This document shows, in pieces, positions 45,535-56,674 of a stretch of DNA of 64,000 bases. Within the stretch, counting starts at the first letter, position 1. The number at the start of each line of letters is the position of its first letter. Position numbers and translations under genes: made by a program. Origin of the DNA: a virus; the IMG/VR virus record IMGVR_UViG_3300045988_092366; one strand, given 5' to 3'. A model generated the notes under the pieces. It saw only the letters and a program-made list of their open reading frames with translations, ran no database searches and had not been told where the DNA came from.

Positions 45535-47820
45535 TTAGAATCTTTCTATTGACTGATTACACGAAACGGTCATTGCATTGCCCGGCCCAAGAGGAATAGA
45601 AAGTGTATTTAAATTATAATCGCCATATGTATTTGTAGAAGTATCATTTAATTCAACTCTAGAATTAGGCTCTAAGTAGAATACTGGCAGCGCAGTAATT
45701 GATACTGAATTTTGATAAGTTGTATGAAGATATAATTCATACTTTACTTGGTCAAAAGCACTATTCTTATAGCCGCCAGTAGCAAGATTATAAAAAACCT
45801 CACCGCGTACCTGAGTATATGGCATACCATTATCTTCACATTCCTGTTGCTTCGTTCTTCCCTTATCATCTTCATCAGCATTGATGAATACAATATTAGG
45901 AATCTCAGGAGAGAACAGACAGTTTACGGTATCAGATGATACGGCATCTGTTCTGCGACCAATGGCAGATACAGAGAATCTTCCTAAGTCAGATGTTGAA
46001 GAATCAATAAAATCTAGAAAATAATTACCATCAGTCAGTGCAGAAGTAAGCAGTTCCGCATTTGCTTTCTCGCCTATGAACTTCTGGTCTGCAAGGTCAT
46101 AAATTTGCGGCCAAAATGCATCTAATTCTTCAAAATAATAATCTGTATCTATCTTACAATTATGTGCATATTGTAGAATATCTCCCTGCCAACCAGAAAT
46201 ACCATCAATTTTAGCGTAATAATTGCCAGAATCAATTCCATTTTTCTTAGCCAATAGACCTTCAAGATAAAGCTCGGTACGCCAGTCTTTCACAGTATAA
46301 CCATCAATGATAATCGGTATTGCCGCAGAGCTGATGTCTCCTTTATCATCTACAACAACGGCAGAAGTTGAAGCATCTATTGGAGGATAATATGCTGCAC
46401 ACTTTAATGCTTTATAAGTATCATCTTTCCAATAGTAAGCAGTTTTATTAGTAGCATCAAAATAAATAGTATTGAAATCACCAATAGTAGGAAAATCTTT
46501 TACGCTTGTATATACAGTCGGAAACGCGGCTTTTAATTCTTGAGTAGACTCTTCTGTATATAATAAAACGTTGTAATAAGTATTATAGTAACTATTACCT
46601 TGTTCATCTATTGTAACGGGTGTCGGCTTGCGGTCAATGCAAAGATGATAACGAACGTCTACCTGCTGCTGGCTATTTGTACCTTGGCGCTTACCTTGAA
46701 TAATGAAGTCATTCTTGATATTATTGAATTGCGGTGTTTTACTAATACTGATAATATTGTCTTTATCATTAAAAGCGTATACACTTTTACCTGTAGTTGT
46801 TTCTACAAGATAGTCATGCTTCTTCATGTCATTGACTAAAGTTGTCGCTTGCGTAGTATTAAGATAATTCTTAATTTCCCTAAAATGGAATACACCAAAT
46901 TCATCATAAAAATATTCAAAATTACCAAGATAGCTTTTAATCTTATCGAGTACAGATGTTACGCTTTCGCCAAGGTTAGCAGACAGCTCAGAATCATACA
47001 CAAAATCATCATAGACATAGCCGCAGTCTTGACCGCTTAAAATTTCAATCGTACCGTCTTCTAATTTTGCCGGCTTATCGACATATGCCGCATACCATAT
47101 CCTACCAGCACTTCCACTTTGCTTAGGTACAAGATATAACGGATTAGAGCCAGTCCATTTCATTACTCTTTTGATGCGGCGAGGCACATCTTCAATGACG
47201 ATATTGTTTAAATCTTCCCCGCCGTAATGATTCACTAACTCTTGGATAATATCATAAACTAATACTTTTTTAGTAACATATGCGCCGCTTGCGTCCTGTG
47301 TATCCATTTCATCGAATATAACAGCCGCAGGCAACGTGCCAGAAACATCACCTGATAATCCACACATTTTGTCTTTCAATGTCAATTGCAATGACACGGC
47401 AGATGAAACAGAAGATGATGCACTCGCACTCGCAATAAAGAAAACGCCTTGAGGGAACCATAAGATAGGATAATCTAAAAATTGATTGCTATGGTTTTCA
47501 ACACCAATCTCAATGAAGATTTTCTTGTTAATTGCAAAATCGTATGACATATTTTCAATATCATAATCACCGCTACTAATAGATGCGGTTAATGAGCAAG
47601 TGCGCCTAATAGACGAAGAACCGTCTTTAGAAAGACTACCAGATGCAATAACGCCTTGAATCTCCTTCAACGGTTCTTCATTCCAATTGAGAAGGGTTAG
47701 CCGCACATACTGTTTTTGATTAACAAAATTATCAATAGTCTTGAGAAAGTTTCTACGCTTTAATGCGCTATTGGCATCTTCATAGAAACTGTCGTTTAAA
47801 TAAGGATACGTCCTTCTCAT
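45535..47820 (-). CDS. large baseplate structural protein
   Basis: 761-aa ORF in the tail module. Confidence 0.35.
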   Translation of the reverse strand: MRRTYPYLNDSFYEDANSALKRRNFLKTIDNFVNQKQYVRLTLLNWNEEPLKEIQGVIASGSLSKDGSSSIRRTCSLTASISSGDYDIENMSYDFAINKKIFIEIGVENHSNQFLDYPILWFPQGVFFIASASASSSVSSAVSLQLTLKDKMCGLSGDVSGTLPAAVIFDEMDTQDASGAYVTKKVLVYDIIQELVNHYGGEDLNNIVIEDVPRRIKRVMKWTGSNPLYLVPKQSGSAGRIWYAAYVDKPAKLEDGTIEILSGQDCGYVYDDFVYDSELSANLGESVTSVLDKIKSYLGNFEYFYDEFGVFHFREIKNYLNTTQATTLVNDMKKHDYLVETTTGKSVYAFNDKDNIISISKTPQFNNIKNDFIIQGKRQGTNSQQQVDVRYHLCIDRKPTPVTIDEQGNSYYNTYYNVLLYTEESTQELKAAFPTVYTSVKDFPTIGDFNTIYFDATNKTAYYWKDDTYKALKCAAYYPPIDASTSAVVVDDKGDISSAAIPIIIDGYTVKDWRTELYLEGLLAKKNGIDSGNYYAKIDGISGWQGDILQYAHNCKIDTDYYFEELDAFWPQIYDLADQKFIGEKANAELLTSALTDGNYFLDFIDSSTSDLGRFSVSAIGRRTDAVSSDTVNCLFSPEIPNIVFINADEDDKGRTKQQECEDNGMPYTQVRGEVFYNLATGGYKNSAFDQVKYELYLHTTYQNSVSITALPVFYLEPNSRVELNDTSTNTYGDYNLNTLSIPLGPGNAMTVSCNQSIERF

Positions 47821-47828
47821 TTTCCCTC

Positions 47829-50800
47829 CTATTGATAATTTGTGGTCATTACGGTGCCATAATAATTAATCATACCTTCTATTGGCATAAAAGCAATACC
47901 AATAGTTTCTGTAGAATTATTATTCTCTATATTATCAATCGTACCAAAAGCAAAATTATACCATTGATAATTATAATAAATCTTTAAGTCGCCATTAATA
48001 TTATATACAGTATTTAGTGTAGGCTTCTTAACTTCACTAACATCCATGTATTTTACAACCTGAACTGGTCGTTCACCAATATCGTTCCATGCATTAACAA
48101 AACTATCCTGCGGTGGATTATTGTCTTGAATTACAGATACCGGGTCTTTTGTTTCAGCAGAATCAATAACTCTAATCCAATTAAAATTGTTAATTGTTGC
48201 GTCATTAAGCGAAGCATCAACTCTAAATTCGTTCTCTTGCAAATATTTTGTTTTGTTTACTTGCTTCATACGAATTCCTAAGAAACACATATCATCTACT
48301 GGAACGTCTCTCAGCATATGTAAAACACCTGTGCCACCTACGAGATAGTTTTTATATTCTGCTTCATTATGGTATTTAATACTAGCAACTGCGTATGGAG
48401 TAACATCTAAGCAAATACCCTTCCAATATTTCATGCGTTTGCTTGAAATCATAACATCGCCGTTCATTTGAATAAAGTTATATTTATTCCTAATCTTTCT
48501 TCCAAGATAAATATTAGGTTTAAAGATACCTCTCTCTTGACCAACTACTACGCGGTCAACAGACGCGCTTGAAACAGCTTCTTTTGAGCTAGAGCGTTCT
48601 TTATAGCAAAGCGTGTATTCAACAGTGATAACATCACCAATTTGGAAATAAAGACCAATAACATCTAACTTGTTTGGAATCTGATAATATCCACGCTCGT
48701 TAACGAAAATATTATGATTACCATTACTACCACGAGTCATAACACCAAAATAATATCCTTGCTGGACTCGCTTTTCAGCAATCATCTGAGACACACCATT
48801 TGTTTTATCTGTTACTTCTGTAAGTCCATCTGAACCACTTTGGAAGGTATAGTAACGAGGTTTAGAATGATAATAAATTTTAATATCTTTAAGTACGATT
48901 TCTTCTGCTTTGCGTTTCGCAAGAACTCCACTATATTTTTTACTTAATATATCATTAATATCATTTCTAATATCATTGTTATTCGTAACTGTAAACTTAT
49001 ATGTTTGACCAGGTTTAATAACTTCAATGTAATCTTTAGGCTCGTCCTCGGAATCTTGTTTACCATTGCCACTAATAGAACCAATCATCTTGCGGTTATA
49101 AATACCAAGAGTATCAAGAGTATCTAAGGAAGAAGCATCTTCAACTTCATAAACAGTAGCAGAAAAATTCCATAGCCTGCGGCCAACGGTTTCATTAGGT
49201 GTCAATGCAACATCTGTAAGCATAACGACCATTGAACCTTCTGCCATTGAACGATACAGCTTAGGCTCACCATCATTTAACCATGCAATTAGCTTTTCAC
49301 GGAATTCACGCTCGTAGAGCCAATCGTTTGTAGTAGTCGTTAAATACTCTTGTGACGTGATACTAGAAACTGGTGCATTAGGATACTGATTACCGCCAGT
49401 CTTTTCCCAGTTCTTAAAATCGTTACGTACTAATTCTTTAACACCGGTTTCATCTTTATATTCCGCATATAAATCTTTAAGAGTATCATTATTATGATGG
49501 ATAAGTTTTGTTTTGTTCGCAAACTCTGAATAAACATCAGACTCAGCACTAATCAGACCTGAAATACTAAACTGTTTATAATTCAATACAGCATTTTCTG
49601 CAAACTTAGGATATTTGCCACCAAGAGTATCAATCTTAGCCCTATTTACTACTGGTTTAAAACTACTTACTTGATAGTTGTATCTTACCGCATATTGCTC
49701 TTTTCCACGAGAGAAATATGCGTCATAGAATTGCGGCAAAACGACTTTAGACATGGTTGGTTTTGCAATTGACATTCCAGTAGAAGTAAGAGCTTCTACG
49801 CGATAACGGTACCATGTTAGGCTTTCTACAGTATTGTCTACAACTGAAAAATCAATCTGCTGTAGCTTTGCACTATAGATTGTTTCCCACTCTTTGAAAT
49901 TATCTTTATTAGATGCACGCCTTACGTATACAGATACGCCGTCACTAAAAGAATATTCATTTTTAACCGAAACCTTAATTGACGCAGTTTCATCATCAAC
50001 TTCTGCGGCAATTGTAGGTTGCCATTCGTCAGCACCACTATATTCACCTATCTGGAATTTATATTCTTTGCTAAGCTGATATTGGTTTTTTGTGCGACAA
50101 GTAATGCGGCATACGTAATATGCGCTGGTTGGGTCTGATGTAGAACCATCTGCACTATTCTTCAAAGATGAAAAATCAATATTATATACAATATTATTTG
50201 GATTAAGATTTTCACCAGTATAAATGGTAGGGGTAGAGAACAATACCTTATCTGAATCATCTAAAATATCAAATTGATATGCTTCAAGAGTTTCAGTTTC
50301 AGTATTTAAAACTACCTCTTCACCACTTTCATTTTTAGTGACAAAAAGAAGACCTCCCGCGATTTGCGTTAAGCCTTTATTAAATGTCATATATGAATTG
50401 CCTGTATAATTTTCAAATACAGACAGATAGATTTTAGGTTGGTGAATAGGTCTAATTAAACAAACAGAAGACCATTCTGAAAAATATTGCGCATGTGATA
50501 AAAGATAACTATTCTTCTTTACTTCATCGTTGATAGGCACTTCATCAGTTCCATTATAGCTATCAAATCGAATCTGAACTTTATAAAACTGATTCGTATT
50601 AAAAGCATTGCCTTCAATATAAGCGGTAGGTATCGTTACATAATACATACCGCTTACTTTATCGAATTGTAAATCTTCAATGAGAATGCCAGAAAGTTTA
50701 TTCAAAGCATTCTCATTGTTAAGTTGATTTACGCAACTGACGTGTACGTGCTTAATCTCAGATGCAGAATTAAAAGAAGAAAGAGTAAAATACACAACAG

Positions 50801-50876
50801 CATCTTCTGTGTTTACAAAGGCATTTTGAAATGTCGAAACAACGGGTGGATACAGTGTACTAACAACTGTTGCCAT
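47829..50876 (-). CDS. large baseplate/tail structural protein
   Basis: 1015-aa ORF in the tail module. Confidence 0.35.
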   Translation of the reverse strand: MATVVSTLYPPVVSTFQNAFVNTEDAVVYFTLSSFNSASEIKHVHVSCVNQLNNENALNKLSGILIEDLQFDKVSGMYYVTIPTAYIEGNAFNTNQFYKVQIRFDSYNGTDEVPINDEVKKNSYLLSHAQYFSEWSSVCLIRPIHQPKIYLSVFENYTGNSYMTFNKGLTQIAGGLLFVTKNESGEEVVLNTETETLEAYQFDILDDSDKVLFSTPTIYTGENLNPNNIVYNIDFSSLKNSADGSTSDPTSAYYVCRITCRTKNQYQLSKEYKFQIGEYSGADEWQPTIAAEVDDETASIKVSVKNEYSFSDGVSVYVRRASNKDNFKEWETIYSAKLQQIDFSVVDNTVESLTWYRYRVEALTSTGMSIAKPTMSKVVLPQFYDAYFSRGKEQYAVRYNYQVSSFKPVVNRAKIDTLGGKYPKFAENAVLNYKQFSISGLISAESDVYSEFANKTKLIHHNNDTLKDLYAEYKDETGVKELVRNDFKNWEKTGGNQYPNAPVSSITSQEYLTTTTNDWLYEREFREKLIAWLNDGEPKLYRSMAEGSMVVMLTDVALTPNETVGRRLWNFSATVYEVEDASSLDTLDTLGIYNRKMIGSISGNGKQDSEDEPKDYIEVIKPGQTYKFTVTNNNDIRNDINDILSKKYSGVLAKRKAEEIVLKDIKIYYHSKPRYYTFQSGSDGLTEVTDKTNGVSQMIAEKRVQQGYYFGVMTRGSNGNHNIFVNERGYYQIPNKLDVIGLYFQIGDVITVEYTLCYKERSSSKEAVSSASVDRVVVGQERGIFKPNIYLGRKIRNKYNFIQMNGDVMISSKRMKYWKGICLDVTPYAVASIKYHNEAEYKNYLVGGTGVLHMLRDVPVDDMCFLGIRMKQVNKTKYLQENEFRVDASLNDATINNFNWIRVIDSAETKDPVSVIQDNNPPQDSFVNAWNDIGERPVQVVKYMDVSEVKKPTLNTVYNINGDLKIYYNYQWYNFAFGTIDNIENNNSTETIGIAFMPIEGMINYYGTVMTTNYQ

Positions 50877-50892
50877 ATTTCACTCTTCCTTT

Positions 50893-51150
50893 CTATTGGT
50901 TAGAAGAACTTGTATCAATCCAAATGCCAACATGAGTATTAGTAGGCTGTGTCTTGCCAGTGTATACAAATGTTGTATTTTTCATGTAGTCCATGTAATT
51001 ATCAAAGAATTGGGCAAGAGAATAATTACCCTTATCTTTACGTGTGTCCACTACATTATCAAAGCCAACTCCAAATTCAGAGTAAGGCAAAGTAAGTGAA
51101 CCATCTTTGGCCTTTTGACCAACCTTTTTAACAAAGGATTTTACTGCCAT
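50893..51150 (-). CDS. hypothetical protein
   Basis: 85-aa ORF in the tail module. Confidence 0.3.
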   Translation of the reverse strand: MAVKSFVKKVGQKAKDGSLTLPYSEFGVGFDNVVDTRKDKGNYSLAQFFDNYMDYMKNTTFVYTGKTQPTNTHVGIWIDTSSSNQ

Positions 51151-51407
51151 TATTTAACTTCCTTCTCCTTGGGAGTGGCTTTTTGCTCTGCTTGATTAAC
51201 TTCTTGCGCCTGTTGTTGAGCCTTAGCCGCAGTTTCCATGTCCATAGCTCGTAACATTTCACCCTGAGCTAGTGGATAAAGACCGACAAGAACAGAATTA
51301 AGAGCGTCTACCATAACAGTAGCACCAATACCGTTCTTTGCCATAAAATCATAAATCATATCTTTTGCAAGAGCATGAACCCTCATGCGTACTTCTAATT
51401 CGTTCAT
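51150..51407 (-). CDS. hypothetical protein
   Basis: 85-aa ORF; overlaps the 50893-51150 ORF by 1 nt. Confidence 0.3.
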   Translation of the reverse strand: MNELEVRMRVHALAKDMIYDFMAKNGIGATVMVDALNSVLVGLYPLAQGEMLRAMDMETAAKAQQQAQEVNQAEQKATPKEKEVK

Positions 51408-51440
51408 ATCCTTTTGTCTCCTTTTTTAATTTTAATGCTT

Positions 51441-54400
51441 TTAAACGGGTCGTGATGTCGAGAAACCAGAACCAGTAGCTAAACTAGTAACATACTCGTT
51501 CGCACTTTCTTTTCCACCAATACTAACCTTACTACGGAATACCGTAAACTGGTGCATGTGGTTGTTATAAGTAGAAGTATCAACCTTATTATTAGCTGTA
51601 GCCTGCGCTGCATTAGCTTTGCTTATAGCACTATTGGCTTTATTCCTAGCATCATTTACATCAGACTTACGAGCATTTACTTCATTATTAATCTGTGTTT
51701 GCAAATTATTTAACAAATCATAAATACAACCTAAATGGTCTGAAACCTTGGTTGAAGTTCTATTAGCACCCATACAATTATGTGAATAAGCATTATTATA
51801 GCAATATTCGTTACTATAATTCCAACCACTGATGCTACGTATGTCTCGTTCGGCAGTAATTGATGTGGTTGATTGTGAATCTGGTGTACCTGTAAATACA
51901 CCCCAATTTGAAACAACGCCATGACCGATACTTACATAAGTTCGTTTACCAACATGCGGCACTTCATCATAATTAGATTGAATAGTACCAGTACCAGACC
52001 TGATATAGAAAGCACCATTACCACCAGACTGCGGGACAAGGCTAATACTTACGCCGCCTTGGGCTTCGTTGTCTTTAATAGCAGTAGCAAGTAATTTAAT
52101 ACCATCTGGTGAAGTATCACTTACAATATTAACGCCATTGTTTTCAGCATTGAATTTAAGACCTTCACCAACAAGCGTAGTATTTTGTCCTTTGTTGTCA
52201 TTCAATGTTAAGACAGCTTTAGCATTATTTGCACCAATAGTAAAAGTACCATCTTTATTATTTGCGACAGAAGAGAAAGCCTTTGAATACATCAAATAAT
52301 CTTCTCCTGCTTTAATCTGAAAGTCTTTATCTGCGATATTTCTGATTGAATTGGTTGCATTTAATCTTAAATTGCCGCCAATGGTATAAGTATAATTACC
52401 GTCTTTATCTGTCTTATCATCTTTTGGCGTTCCAATAGCAGAAAGAGTAAAATCACCAGTAGACATAGTAGTTTTTCTATCTTTTGGATTCATAAACTCA
52501 AAATTATTATTAAGATATAGAACAGATGTTTTAGTTTTTCCATCTGTTGTATCATCTGCCGCAGATAAAGCAGATAATCTTAAATAAGAATTTTCGTGGC
52601 CGATAATAGCTTGCTGTGAATCTATGTGAAGTCTATGTGTCGAGCTATCAGATGATTCCTTACCTAAATCTGGCGCATAAAGACTAACATGATTACCATA
52701 TACATTGAATCCTCTTGGATATTCATTGTTAACATTTGTGCCAGTAGAAAGATAAAGGTCTGTTGTAGCCTTTTCAGAATTTTTAACTGTACCATCAACA
52801 AAGAATTTAAATAAGTTTGTATCAGACCAGCCAAACTGCGCACCAATATATTTAGCATCTAGCGCACGTTTACCAAAGGCTCCAATCTTGCCAATGCCCA
52901 TCGAAGACTCTTGGTCTTGAATTGCATTTGTGTAAAACTGCCCAAATTGATTAATACCAACAAGCGGATAACGATGCCACTTATCATCTTTCTTATAATG
53001 TCTATAAATTGAGAAAGTTGAATCTTTGCGCGGGTCAATTTCTACTTCAAGGCTATCTCCCTCGGCAAGTGCGGCATTTGCTCCGTCAAAATCAATATTT
53101 GAATTTTGTTTTGTAAGTGGCTTACCTTTGACTGAAATATATGCGGGATTAGCACCTAAAATAAGACCCTGTTTGTCTGATGGAATTGAAAATTGTGAAT
53201 CCTTTACAGGATAATCTGTATATGGTCTATCTACAGTCGCTTCTGTGAAATTACCGTCTTTATCAACCTCCGCATTTGCAATATTATATAATGCACGAGA
53301 ACCGATACGCCATGCGCCAATATAGCTTTCGCCACCTGGGACTAACTTAATGCGGCCTTCCTCAAAATGGTTATTCTGCGATGCTTGTTGTTCTGGCAAA
53401 CCAAAAGTGGCAGAACCGTCTTTAGCATCTAAGAAAATAGATTGCTTACCTTCTGAGAATCCCATTAAACCAATTTGAGATTCATCAGAATCATAAGTCT
53501 TAGAAGTTCCCATAACAACGCCAGTAAACTGATTATTCTTATTCTTTTCACCAGCACCAATTTGCGGCGCAAGGATGTAATTTTCATCTTCATTGATTTC
53601 TAGATGCGTTCCATCCCAATCATTCAATGATTTAAGACCATAAGTATTCAGTGACATATAGATAGGAATATATAGCTCTACAACAGGATTAGCCGCATCC
53701 GCCGATGTATATACTTTACAATGGACTAAATTGTTTCCATATTCACCATCATATACATCATTTGGGAGAATATAAATTTGACTTAATCCTTTTGTGCGGG
53801 CTGTCTTTTGTACACCATCAGATGTATTCTTTTCTATAATAATTTTAAAACAAGCACTTAATGGATTCTCGTCATATGTTTGACCAGTCTTTGAAGGTTC
53901 ACCGCCCTCAGCTATCCATTCAATAAATAAATTTTCAAGGCCAGAGCCAACAAGCGTAACGCCTTGGTTCTTATTGTATAACGGATTACGTCCATCTGCG
54001 TTATAAGTAATAGACTTTAGAAGAGAAGTCTTATCAATTTGAATATCATTATCAGCATATTTCTTAATCACTGGGATACCATAAAAAGCATAATACTTAT
54101 ATGAAGAATCTCCAACGGTATAAATTGTTTGAGCCTTTACAATTTGGTTCATAAACTTACGTTTGATCGCGTCAGTTGTGCTCCAAGAAACAACACCATT
54201 GTTACAACTCATATATTTGCTTTGACCATAACCCATAGACCAAGAGACAGTAGAATCATCATTGATTTTCTCATTGCGCTGATAGAGCTGGAACTGCAAG
54301 ACCTGTTGCGAAATTGCCTGTCCTGTATTCCACGCAACTTTATTATTTTTGTCGATAATAAGCGCAAGCATCTTATTCTTTAGATTCTTAGAAGTAGGAG

Positions 54401-56555
54401 AAATCTTAGCGACAATATCTGTACCATTCGTACCATTCTCTCCAACTTTAGTAAACAGAAAATCAGTCATCTGACTATATGTAACTCCTTGATATGTTAC
54501 AATAGCTTCAATTTGATTCGATACTGCTGAATAATCAAAGTTTGCGGCAATCGCCATAGGATAAATCTGTGATATACAATACTCGATTTTCTGATTAGAC
54601 TGATTGAGTACCATTCCTTCTTTTGGAATAGTAATCATTGAATCTGTTAATGGTACTCGCCATTTAATATCATATGTATCTTTATTAACTTCAAGACCAG
54701 CAGGGTCAAAGAAATGGCAAGTAAGCGGCTTGACCTCTAATGGGTCTTCATATCTATCATCATCAGGTGATACACCAGATTCACTATACTGGAATACTTG
54801 GTCGCCATTTTCAATAGTGATATAATAATCAGTAGGGTCTGCGGCGGTTGCGTTTTTTAAAGTAAGTGTCGCAACACCAATATTATATTCAATATTTTCT
54901 ACAGATTCATCTTTTGAAGGTTCCCTATCGCGCAAATAAACTGCACACTTAAAGGTAGCCTTAGAATCAATGCCTTTAACTGGATAAGTAAGCGTATTTT
55001 TGTCCCATGATGCACCTTCAAGTGCATTCATTTGATTCTTCAAGGCAGATAAATTGTTATATCCAATACCCTGTTTTATACCATCTTCGTAACGAGCTTT
55101 AAGTTCTTCTACCGTTTCAATGAAAGATAATGTTTGACCATAATCATCAACTTTAGACCAAACAAATCTAAAGAAATTATCTGGATGCCCATTTGCTTTA
55201 CCAGCTTCAAAGTCAGAAGATTTGCCGTCCAAGAGACAGGTAAGTTTAGGTTTGCCACGGTCAAAGCTGAAACTAACACCAAGAGAAGAGATAATCTCAA
55301 TATCACGCTTTGCCGCTTCATTATATAATGTGAAATAATCTTTTAAAACCATTTGCTCTTTATAGACGCAAACACACATATATTTATTTTCATAAGCACG
55401 ATTTTCCGCACCAGTAGTAACAAAGCTATACTTATTGCCTTTGGCTTCAAGATAAGACCAGCCAGCTCCACCGTACATCTTATAATCTTTTGAGCTTGCG
55501 GTCACTCGTCCATCTTCTTTGAACCAGTAAAACATAGCATCGCCTGATAAGTCTTCGTTTTTATGACGAAGAGTACCGACAACGCTTAGAGAAGAGTTCT
55601 CAGTTAAGTCTCTAAGAGTAGAACCTTTCGGCATAGACAGGTGCATCTGATAATCACCATTTGCCGCACTGATTTTTCTAAGGCCATAAAATTCAACATC
55701 TTTAATGAAAATATCATCGCCCCAGCCAATCGGTCTATCCTGTGATTGAATTGGGTCAGTAGTTTCTACGAAATCTTTACAATAGAAAATAATCTGGTCA
55801 ATATATAAGAAGTTCTCAACGTCTACTGGGAAAATCTGATATTGGTCAAAATAACTTTGATATTGAAGCGGCGAACCTGTCATACTATTACTATCAATAG
55901 TATACGATAATTTCTTAACTAACGCCTGACCTTTATCGTCTGTAGCGTCTCCGTCTTTAAAAGCTAAGATAAAAGTGATACCATATTCGCCAGTCTTTGT
56001 AAGTTTATGCTCTCGCGGCAAAGACGTGCGGAAAGACGCTTCAATTAGCATCGCTTCGGCCTGTTTAATATTATTATCTAGCTCTTGAGTATCAATAGAT
56101 AAGAACTTAGGCTTAAAGCCGCTTACATCTTCATCTTTCTTATATAGAACTTTGTAATCTTCTTTTTTGTAAGAACGAAGTCCCGCAGGCGTGACTTTAT
56201 TTTTATCACTAAGGCAATTGCGGCCAATGAGATTGTAATTACTAATGGCCGAAGATACAAAACTGATATTGTTATCATCTTCTGCTGCCTGCGCAACACC
56301 TACGATATTCTTTTTCTTGGTGAAATCACCTTCTGGAACAAGCACATATACTGATTGACCTTGAGTATATGTATTTCCTTCTTGGGCATATGCTTTTAAT
56401 TTGCCACCATTATATGAAACAAGGTATTCTCCTGTAAGTGAATTAGTACAGCCAGCGACAGTGGCGGTAACTGTTTTATCCGTAGCTATCTGTTCTATTC
56501 TATTGGATACAATTGTATCCACAGCTTCAAGAACAACGTCTTGTAGATTCGCCAT
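51441..56555 (-). CDS. giant tail-tip/baseplate hub protein (about 1700 aa) directly downstream of the tape measure
   Basis: Position after the TMP; beta-rich; SD AAGGAG, with ATG at 56555 (the track lists an upstream TTG). Confidence 0.4.
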   Translation of the reverse strand: MANLQDVVLEAVDTIVSNRIEQIATDKTVTATVAGCTNSLTGEYLVSYNGGKLKAYAQEGNTYTQGQSVYVLVPEGDFTKKKNIVGVAQAAEDDNNISFVSSAISNYNLIGRNCLSDKNKVTPAGLRSYKKEDYKVLYKKDEDVSGFKPKFLSIDTQELDNNIKQAEAMLIEASFRTSLPREHKLTKTGEYGITFILAFKDGDATDDKGQALVKKLSYTIDSNSMTGSPLQYQSYFDQYQIFPVDVENFLYIDQIIFYCKDFVETTDPIQSQDRPIGWGDDIFIKDVEFYGLRKISAANGDYQMHLSMPKGSTLRDLTENSSLSVVGTLRHKNEDLSGDAMFYWFKEDGRVTASSKDYKMYGGAGWSYLEAKGNKYSFVTTGAENRAYENKYMCVCVYKEQMVLKDYFTLYNEAAKRDIEIISSLGVSFSFDRGKPKLTCLLDGKSSDFEAGKANGHPDNFFRFVWSKVDDYGQTLSFIETVEELKARYEDGIKQGIGYNNLSALKNQMNALEGASWDKNTLTYPVKGIDSKATFKCAVYLRDREPSKDESVENIEYNIGVATLTLKNATAADPTDYYITIENGDQVFQYSESGVSPDDDRYEDPLEVKPLTCHFFDPAGLEVNKDTYDIKWRVPLTDSMITIPKEGMVLNQSNQKIEYCISQIYPMAIAANFDYSAVSNQIEAIVTYQGVTYSQMTDFLFTKVGENGTNGTDIVAKISPTSKNLKNKMLALIIDKNNKVAWNTGQAISQQVLQFQLYQRNEKINDDSTVSWSMGYGQSKYMSCNNGVVSWSTTDAIKRKFMNQIVKAQTIYTVGDSSYKYYAFYGIPVIKKYADNDIQIDKTSLLKSITYNADGRNPLYNKNQGVTLVGSGLENLFIEWIAEGGEPSKTGQTYDENPLSACFKIIIEKNTSDGVQKTARTKGLSQIYILPNDVYDGEYGNNLVHCKVYTSADAANPVVELYIPIYMSLNTYGLKSLNDWDGTHLEINEDENYILAPQIGAGEKNKNNQFTGVVMGTSKTYDSDESQIGLMGFSEGKQSIFLDAKDGSATFGLPEQQASQNNHFEEGRIKLVPGGESYIGAWRIGSRALYNIANAEVDKDGNFTEATVDRPYTDYPVKDSQFSIPSDKQGLILGANPAYISVKGKPLTKQNSNIDFDGANAALAEGDSLEVEIDPRKDSTFSIYRHYKKDDKWHRYPLVGINQFGQFYTNAIQDQESSMGIGKIGAFGKRALDAKYIGAQFGWSDTNLFKFFVDGTVKNSEKATTDLYLSTGTNVNNEYPRGFNVYGNHVSLYAPDLGKESSDSSTHRLHIDSQQAIIGHENSYLRLSALSAADDTTDGKTKTSVLYLNNNFEFMNPKDRKTTMSTGDFTLSAIGTPKDDKTDKDGNYTYTIGGNLRLNATNSIRNIADKDFQIKAGEDYLMYSKAFSSVANNKDGTFTIGANNAKAVLTLNDNKGQNTTLVGEGLKFNAENNGVNIVSDTSPDGIKLLATAIKDNEAQGGVSISLVPQSGGNGAFYIRSGTGTIQSNYDEVPHVGKRTYVSIGHGVVSNWGVFTGTPDSQSTTSITAERDIRSISGWNYSNEYCYNNAYSHNCMGANRTSTKVSDHLGCIYDLLNNLQTQINNEVNARKSDVNDARNKANSAISKANAAQATANNKVDTSTYNNHMHQFTVFRSKVSIGGKESANEYVTSLATGSGFSTSRPV

Positions 56556-56581
56556 TGTCAACTCCTTTTCAATCCAAATAA

Positions 56582-56614
56582 AAAACGGGAGAACATAAAG
56601 TTCTCCCGTTCATA
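56582..56614 (-). terminator. intrinsic terminator/attenuator between the tape-measure and tail-tip genes
   Basis: - strand: AACGGGAGAAC-TTTAT-GTTCTCCCGTT followed by TTTTTT. Confidence 0.55.
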
Positions 56615-56674
56615 AAATTATGCTCTAAGACATATCAAAACCACAAATGTTCGATTATAAAATTTTGCCCATGT